From the NCBI RefSeq assembly GCF_001194135.2, contig NC_068999.1, positions 19,041,975 through 19,086,909 on the forward strand: a DNA stretch of 44,935 bases. Reading direction: 5' to 3'. The DNA comes from Octopus bimaculoides (Eukaryota). Under the pieces are notes generated by a model. The model made no database searches. It saw only the letters and a program-made list of their open reading frames with translations, and was not told the DNA's origin. This document shows positions 37,601 to 44,935 of this stretch, in pieces (position 1 is the first letter of the stretch; every line of letters begins with the position of its first letter). The position numbers and the translations under genes were made by a program.

Positions 37601-38099
37601 ATTTAGTAGTTATATTTTTTACATAATACGTCTATAAAAAGTGCAACCATGACAGTTTCCCTCGATATATTGCATCTAACGAAATTCTGTTTGTCGTAGA
37701 GCTGCATATGCAATATTCTCAACGCACCGTCAAGCTTATAGATTAACGAAAATCTTCTCATGTGCCTTTGATAGATGAACAGTGATTTATTGTGAGTAGG
37801 ATTCGTTGTTCAAATACAAATATCGGGAAAATATGACTACCAGAACTATAACGTATATCGGAACGTTGAGCAGCGTCTATTTAATATGCATTACTCTCTC
37901 CTGAATTATTTACTTCTAATATTATTATTGATATACATACAGAACGTCACCACCTCCTCTGTTGCTTGTTATATACATTTCACATTTACAACTTTCAAAT
38001 AAATTAGAATATGATTCACCGAAGAAGACTAGTAAAACCATTGCTTGGACATTGCCCTCACCAATTTACCAAAAGATATTGTGGTTAAGTAGTTTTCTT

Positions 38100-38545
38100 A
38101 TATTTGCTTTGTTTTTTCAAATTTATCCATCTCCATAGGGATATAATATGACGTTATTGATGGACAATTACAACAGTCAATTTTATTTCTTTCATTGATA
38201 TTCCAGTTAAATGCACGGTAGTTATAAGTAAAAACCAGAAATGCTACCACTGCTCGAACTCTCCAATAACATTCTTTCATGACCTCTTTCATGCGTGCAT
38301 GCTGAATGTCAAAGCTCTTATTTATTCCTAGATATTTGTACATTTGTTATTGCTCAAATTCTTTATAACTGCGTCAACATCCAACACATGTGAATTGTGG
38401 TCTTCAGTTTCCCTTTCTGGAGTGTTACCTTCGTATATTTATCAACATCAGGATCCATCTCGATGTCATTACTAGACACTTTCACAGTACGCAATAGGCC
38501 TCCATGAGTCACCTTGGAAAGTTCCATAGTTGCTGTTAATATTCT
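38100..38545 (-). mobile_element. Internally deleted R4/Dong-type LINE RT fragment
   Basis: The minus strand gives YGTFQGDS, SNDIEMD..VDK..KVTLQKGKL, YKYLGI..SFDIQHARMKE..KECYWRVRA and FNWNINE..KID. Confidence 0.75.
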
Positions 38546-39635
38546 TTGAAGCTAGAAATCCATTAGAATGATATAAGTGAAAATTCATATTACTCAACAA
38601 CATATACTTAAAGAAGTGTGAAATTATAGGACAAATTTTGAAGATGTAGAGCCGATTTGGAGATACATAAAAGAGTTGTCCTTTCTGTAATCAATCCATG
38701 CGGTTCGGAAATAATATTTCTGTGCTTGAGGCAATTCTCAAGGGTCATGAAATCAGTTAGGAGTTGACCTTTGTATCGATATGAGCCGCGATGAGTCAGT
38801 TGTGTTCTATGAGAAAAATATCGTTCTCTTCAATAAATGCGCATTTTCGAAACAGGAATATATGTTTAAAATTTTATAAGTGGTGGCTAAACAAGTAATG
38901 ACATTTTAAACTTTGGCTTCCTTCTTCTTTGGGAGTAGGTAAGTCAGAAAATAAAAAGAAAAAAAAGTGAAGACATGTTGAAAGAAGTGAGAAAAGAAGC
39001 GTTGTCATTATACCTTCTTTCCTCCTCTCTGATTCCTAACTATCGCACTAACGTATACAATCACATACGTCCAGTTATACAAATTTGACATCCTTGTTTT
39101 CTCCCCTTAACATTTTACTACTAAAGCACCACCTATTTCATTTCTCTACCCATTCCTTAATGCAGCTCTATCCCATCACCCCTACTCACATACCTCACAC
39201 TTATTCTCTCCTTACCTTCTCATCTCTTCCTTTTCCTCCCCTCACATTATCTTGACCACCAGCTGACACTACCTTTCTCACATCTTTCATCCTTTCTTTA
39301 CTTTTCTTTTTCTTATTTCAATCATTTCACATTTTATCTACTTTTTACTCTCTTTCTTCCTCTCATTTTGTCTTCCTGTTTTCATTTTGACCTATCTCCT
39401 CGTTCTAATCATACACATTACTCCCCACACCATCTATCCACAAAAAGTACCAATACATTCTCAAATGTTCGTTGGCACCACAAGACCCTTTCGAATGAAC
39501 AATACAGAATCCACAGCCCCACATTTTAAAATGACTAAACATGAACTACAATTGCAACTACCACATACCGAAAACATTTTTACGACTTCTATACACCATT
39601 TTCCTCGAATAATGGAACTGCAACTACAATATCTC

Positions 39636-39874
39636 TCTTTTACTCTTTTACTTGTTTCAGTCATTTGACTGCGGCCATGCTGGGGCACCGCCTTTAGTAG
39701 AGCAAATCGACCCCAGGACTTATTCTTTGCAGGGCTAGTAATTATTCTATCGGTCCCTCTTTGCGGAACCGCTAAGTTACGGGGACGTAAACACACCAGC
39801 ATCAGTTGTCAAGCGAAGTTGGGGGACAACCACAGACACACAAATTTATACACACATACATACATATATATATA
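39636..39874 (-). mobile_element. 3' half of the CORE-like SINE (5' part probably lost in gap 39875-40118)
   Basis: Reverse complement of 16720-16915 (ttgtttcagtcatttgactgcggccatgctggggcaccgcc...gggacaaccacagacac). Confidence 0.85.
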
Positions 39875-40294
39875 NNNNNNNNNNNNNNNNNNNNNNNNNN
39901 NNNNNNNNNNNNNNNNNNNNNNNNNNNNNNNNNNNNNNNNNNNNNNNNNNNNNNNNNNNNNNNNNNNNNNNNNNNNNNNNNNNNNNNNNNNNNNNNNNNN
40001 NNNNNNNNNNNNNNNNNNNNNNNNNNNNNNNNNNNNNNNNNNNNNNNNNNNNNNNNNNNNNNNNNNNNNNNNNNNNNNNNNNNNNNNNNNNNNNNNNNNN
40101 NNNNNNNNNNNNNNNNNNTGAAATGGATGATAAATATGATGGTATAATGAGAGAAGGGAAAAGCCGCCCGCCGAACTTTGCTTCTCTATAACACTGTTCT
40201 TTATAAAATTAAATTTTCACATTCAGGCTATGAACCTCGTACATAAAAAGTCATAAATTAAGGCATTTGCCTCTTACGATTGTTCATGACACAA

Positions 40295-40970
40295 TATGAG
40301 GCACTCGTCCTCTTAGGTTTTTTCGCCCGATATAGCCTTCGCTTCTCTCAAGCAAAACGATGGGTCTGGGTCGGGCCACTTTTCAATACTGAATTCGCCG
40401 AGGGGNNNNNNNNNNGATGGGTCTGGGTCGGGCCACTTTTCAATACTGAATTCGCCGAGGGGGAAGGAATTCACCAACGCACTTATGTGCCTACTCGACA
40501 CGACCTCTGCAGACACCTGCGGAGGCCAGTCCAGATCCTTAGTACAGATGAGGACTCCCTCTCTCTGACGCTTCCTTTTATTCACAAATTTCTGCAGGGC
40601 CCCTCCCTTTCGGAATAGGATTAGCCGATCCTTTTCCTCACAGGGTGAGTCCACAGCTTCTACTGTCGGCGGCTCAATTCCGCCGACCTGCTTTCCTCCG
40701 TTGGTGGCACAATTCCCACCAACGGAGTGTCGGGACACGCCGGCGGTGCACTATCGAGCACACTTACCACACAGTCACTCCTGCGCCTATATCTGTATTT
40801 TGTAAATATTTTATTTCTACTGTTATTCTCTTATTTCCACCTGTATTCCCTATCTCATCCTTTTCCATAATCATTCCTTTTTTCAGACTCTAATATTTAC
40901 AGCTATTTAACAATCTCACATCCTTTCTGATGAAGGGACATCCGTGATATCCCAGAAACAGCTGTAAGTG
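40295..40970 (+). mobile_element. Unclassified GC-rich, hairpin-dense non-coding element ending in a hammerhead motif ('family C', retrozyme/pLTR-like)
   Basis: GC-rich island in an AT-rich background, with stems at 40504-40525, 40665-40687 and 40696-40727, then a T-rich tract, then a hammerhead at 40927-40968. Confidence 0.45.
40924..40968 (+). ncRNA. Minimal type I hammerhead ribozyme motif (variant)
   Basis: CTGATGA-A-GGGACATC-CGT-GATATCCC-A-GAAA, palindromic ACAGCTGT stem III and a GUA cleavage triplet; stem I is weak. Confidence 0.6.
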
Positions 40971-41082
40971 TATATTTATATATGTGTGCTCGCGTGTGTG
41001 TGTATGTACTTAGGTATATACGTGTAAGACTTTGTGTTTGTGATTAACCTCTTTCTCTATCTCTCTTTTTCTGTCTATATAT

Positions 41083-41363
41083 GGACAGAGAGCTTAGTGG
41101 TTAGGGCATTCGTCTTATGATCGTAAGGTGGTGAGTTCAATTCCCGGCAACGCGTTGTGTCGTTGAGTGAGACACATTATTTCACATTTCTCCAGTTCAC
41201 TCAGCTGGAGAGAAAATGAGTAGCACCTGTATTTCAAAGTGTCAGACTTCTAATATTACACGTGTCTATGGATTGCTCAGCCAGTTGCACGCTAATTTCA
41301 CGAGCAAGCTGTTCCGTTGCTCGTATCAGCTGTGACCCACGTCGTCGTAATCGGCGGAGCACT
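41083..41363 (+). mobile_element. tRNA-derived SINE with CORE-like segment and the same 3' tail as 12288-12670 (internally deleted)
   Basis: cttagtggttagggc (A box), gagttcaattccc (B box), gttgtgtcgttgagtgagacac, then gctcagccagttgcacgctaatttcacgagcaagctgttccgttg...cgtcgtaatcggcggag. Confidence 0.8.
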
Positions 41364-42519
41364 CCTCTTTTATTTATTTATATATATATATATATNNNNN
41401 NNNNNNNNNNNNNNNNNNNNNNNNNNNNNNNNNNNNNNNNNNNNNNNNNNNNNNNNNNNNNNNNNNNNNNNNNNNNNNNNNNNNNNNNNNNNNNNNNNNN
41501 NNNNNNNNNNNNNNNNNNNNNNNNNNNNNNNNNNNNNNNNNNNNNNNNNNNNNNNNNNNNNNNNNNNNNNNNNNNNNNNNNNNNNNNNNNNNNNNNNNNN
41601 NNNNNNNNNNNNNNNNNNNNNNNNNNNNNNNNNNNNNNNNNNNNNNNNNNNNNNNNNNNNNNNNNNNNNNNNNNNNNNNNNNNNNNNNNNNNNNNNNNNN
41701 NNNNNNNNNNNNNNNNNNNNNNNNNNNNNNNNNNNNNNNNNNNNNNNNNNNNNNNNNNNNNNNNNNNNNNNNNNNNNNNNNNNNNNNNNNNNNNNNNNNN
41801 NNNNNNNNNNNNNNNNNNNNNNNNNNNNNNNNNNNNNNNNNNNNNNNNNNNNNNNNNNNNNNNNNTATATATATATATATATATATATGCCTACACTTCT
41901 GTATGTGTTTGCACACATATTTGTCGCAGTTGCCTAGCGATGAAATATAAACCTCGTCTATGACCTGAGGTGTTTCAATCTTTCATATGTATAGATCGAT
42001 TAGTTCGGTAATTGTAAACAACTGTACTTTCCTCTAGTACACGTGTCATAAAGTAACCGAAATTTGTTTAATTGAAAATCATGATACCATTCATATATAC
42101 CATCGGTAATTATATACATTGAAGTTCCAACTATATATATTTAATCGTAATTGCATTTGTAACATCCACATGAACATACGACTATATATGAACTTTTACA
42201 TTATTATAATGATTATTTTATTACTCATACTTTATGCAAATAAAAGCCCAGTGTACCTGTAAATTTATCCAGTATGAAGACTGTTCTAATCGTAAATATT
42301 TTGCTGACATTTAAATAACTTAAAGCAACCGGAATATTGATGATATTTCGGATAAGAAATGTCAAGTGTCATAACCATATACCGTAGACTGCATTATACT
42401 CTACATCATATTTCTGCTTGCCAATCTTCAGCTGCTTATTATGATTATGTTTCTGGTTTTGTTTTTCATTTTTTCTTATTTAAATAAATGTAGAAATGCA
42501 AAATGTGGTAAGTGTTTCT

Positions 42520-42593
42520 ATACGTCAGCATAGAATATGTCATACATGAAAATGTAATCATTTTCATGTATGACAGATTCTATGCTGACGTAT
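42520..42593. repeat. Near-perfect inverted repeat: 35-bp arms (1 mismatch), 4-nt loop
   Basis: atacgtcagcatagaatatgtcatacatgaaaatg-taat-cattttcatgtatgacagattctatgctgacgtat. Confidence 0.95.
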
Positions 42594-44654
42594 TGTGATT
42601 CAGTGTATTTGAAATAGTTTTTTTTTTTACTTCAAAAGCTTTGCAACTAAATATTCTCTAATTCACAAGAAACCTCCACATATTCTTTATCGCCGTACTA
42701 TTTCGATGATTTCACTATGAATCAATAAATTCATCTCAGCTTGTTTACATATTCTGTTACAAATAACATTTAATAACACTCTGAAGCACATGACCGTCTT
42801 TAAAAACACAAGGGAAGAAACAGATATTTTATACCTAGGCACTACGAAAACGCTGGTGAGTTTGTTACGAATACCTTTGAACATGTGTGTATTCTATCAA
42901 CTTTCGCCAATGCTTCATGTTCAGCCACTCGCACCGGTCTCGATTACTCAACTTCGTCATTTCTTTTCCATGTAATCGAGTGTTTCAGTAGATATATATT
43001 CGTAAACAGCATTAAATGAATAGCATGTCAGATTCATTGTATATAGTGTCAAATTTCCTTGATTTATGTTAACCAATAATACGAATACCAGTTGATGATT
43101 ATCTCTTAATTCCCTAATATTATCGTCTTTCATTTATTCACTATCGTGTTCCTCGTATTAAATATGCGTGGTATGCATTATATGCGATTGTCTCTATGAA
43201 TAATTATTTACTGACTCCAGGATTAATGTTTCGTAATTAATCCGTCCGCTGTTCAGAAAATGAAGCTCTACTAGGGCGGCATATTGAATTAAAATGAGTA
43301 TAACTTCTCAAAACTTCCTCTAAATCATGACCTTCTGCCAGTGCTAGAAATCAATAATTATGACAGACTACAAACCCATGCAGTTTAGTATAAAGTGTAT
43401 GGAGCAATTTAAATGTGAATACCACATGTTATCATAGGTTTGTGATATTTATTTATTGCAGGTAGGAATCTTCCTGTGAACAGGTTGGTTCGCGTAGTCG
43501 ACACTTTTGTAGATTTACGCGCATGGAATAAATCAAATGTGGATATAATTCTGTACTATTTAGTACATATATAAAACATGTGTGCGTCAATTAAAAGATT
43601 TGTATGTAGATTAAAAAAATCCTTAGATTTATTTTTGCAAAATAAAACTCTCTTGAATAATAAATATTTCACTCAATACAAATTTCTTTGTACATGTATT
43701 CAAACTAATAACCCACGATGTTTACAAATTGTAAAAATATGGAAATGATAATGTTGTACAGTGAATGCTTCTTTTTTCTGTGTATTATTTTCTTAACGAA
43801 TAAATTCTATTTACAAATTAACAACCATTCGCTTGCTCAGAACTGTCATCCTGTGCATCAAAAGAATGTAATTTAATACACAAGAGCTTGGGAATTGAAA
43901 CAACATTTAGTGCTAATCAGAAATACAATTTACATTTAAGGAAATTACCAATCAATAACAGTCAACGAAAACAGGTAATTGTGCTTTAAATTAATTTCTA
44001 ATTTTTAATTAATTTCAAAATTTTGTCCATCAGGATAATGCGAAAATAATATTATCACTATAAAATGCAATGGATGTCGTACAGACAAGAAAACCCAACA
44101 AGACATAACAATAACTGAATTTGCATCACAAATTGGAAGACAATAATTTCATTAGCTTTAAAAATGGCGATGGAATCATCACAATCTAAATCATCCAATG
44201 TATGGAAAATTCAGTGTCATTTGCTGCTTTTGGTTAGTCACTTTTCCGTCCAGAAAGTGGAGAGCGATAGTTAAACAGTTTCAGGAAAATTCTGATATCT
44301 CCAGGATAGCAGGATTATATCATACACTATATTTTGTAGAATGCTTACACATTGAATTTCCATGAGCCGTTTATTGAACTATTTTGAATTTTCAATTGAA
44401 AATTGTGCAGACAAATACAGATTGTTCTTTTCAGTAAGCAGTAAATACCAATATAACTTCTCCAATCTACATTGAAACGATTGAAAGATTTCGTGACGTT
44501 GCACATTTTACCAGTCACAGAAATTTAAAAGGATTTAAATGATGTGAACTCTCAGCTTAGTAAAGATGATGCATGACTAATATAGCCCATAAACTCGCTA
44601 ATTTTACCGTTTTGTCACCTTATGCTATATACCTAAATATGCTACTCTATGGGT

Positions 44655-44693
44655 GAAATTTGGTAAAATTTTATAATTATTTTACCAAATTTC
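44655..44693. repeat. Perfect 15-bp inverted repeat with 9-nt spacer
   Basis: gaaatttggtaaaat-tttataatt-attttaccaaatttc. Confidence 0.9.
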
Positions 44694-44935
44694 TTTATAT
44701 TTGAGGTAATATTGTGAACACAATTCTACGAATTGTCAGGATTAATGATTATGCTAGGATTAGACGATACTATGATTCTAAAGTGGCGGAGGTTCGACCA
44801 AGATTCTTTTGTAACTGGTGAAAATTTCGTTACTTCAAGTGACAAAAACACTTTTAGAAATTCGATGATGAAAAATAAATAGAACTGAGAATCGAGAAAA
44901 CCTTAGCTGTGTGTATGTATGTATGCATATATATA

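Noticed and set aside
40359-40462. 47-bp direct repeat (40359-40405 and 40416-40462) that could look like a tandem or CRISPR-like repeat
   Set aside because: The two identical copies flank a 10-N gap, typical of unmerged overlapping contig ends; there is no spacer array.

Overview
AT-rich, repeat-dense animal genomic DNA with eight N gaps, most of them flanked by (AT)n. The SINE and microsatellite repertoire looks like an octopus (coleoid cephalopod) genome; this is inference from recalled repeat families, not a search. No cellular gene can be identified with confidence, and nearly all ORFs in the track are microsatellite, gap or transposon artefacts. Recognisable content: a near full-length decayed mariner, a decayed Penelope-like element (RT + GIY-YIG), a CR1/L2-group LINE fragment, three R4/Dong-type LINE fragments, and at least four tRNA-derived SINE families. 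The most interesting signal is a set of minimal type I hammerhead-ribozyme motifs in three different non-coding repeats. (A) A tRNA-headed SINE-like element in 3 copies; the copy at 10342-10386 has an intact catalytic core and two copies carry internal inversions. (B) A subrepeat-containing element in 2 copies with decayed cores. (C) A ~700-bp GC-rich, hairpin-packed island ending in a hammerhead (40927-40968). Together these suggest non-autonomous, ribozyme-carrying (retrozyme/Sm-alpha-like) retroelements that may depend on Penelope-like elements. A near-perfect 74-nt hairpin at 42520-42593 is also notable.
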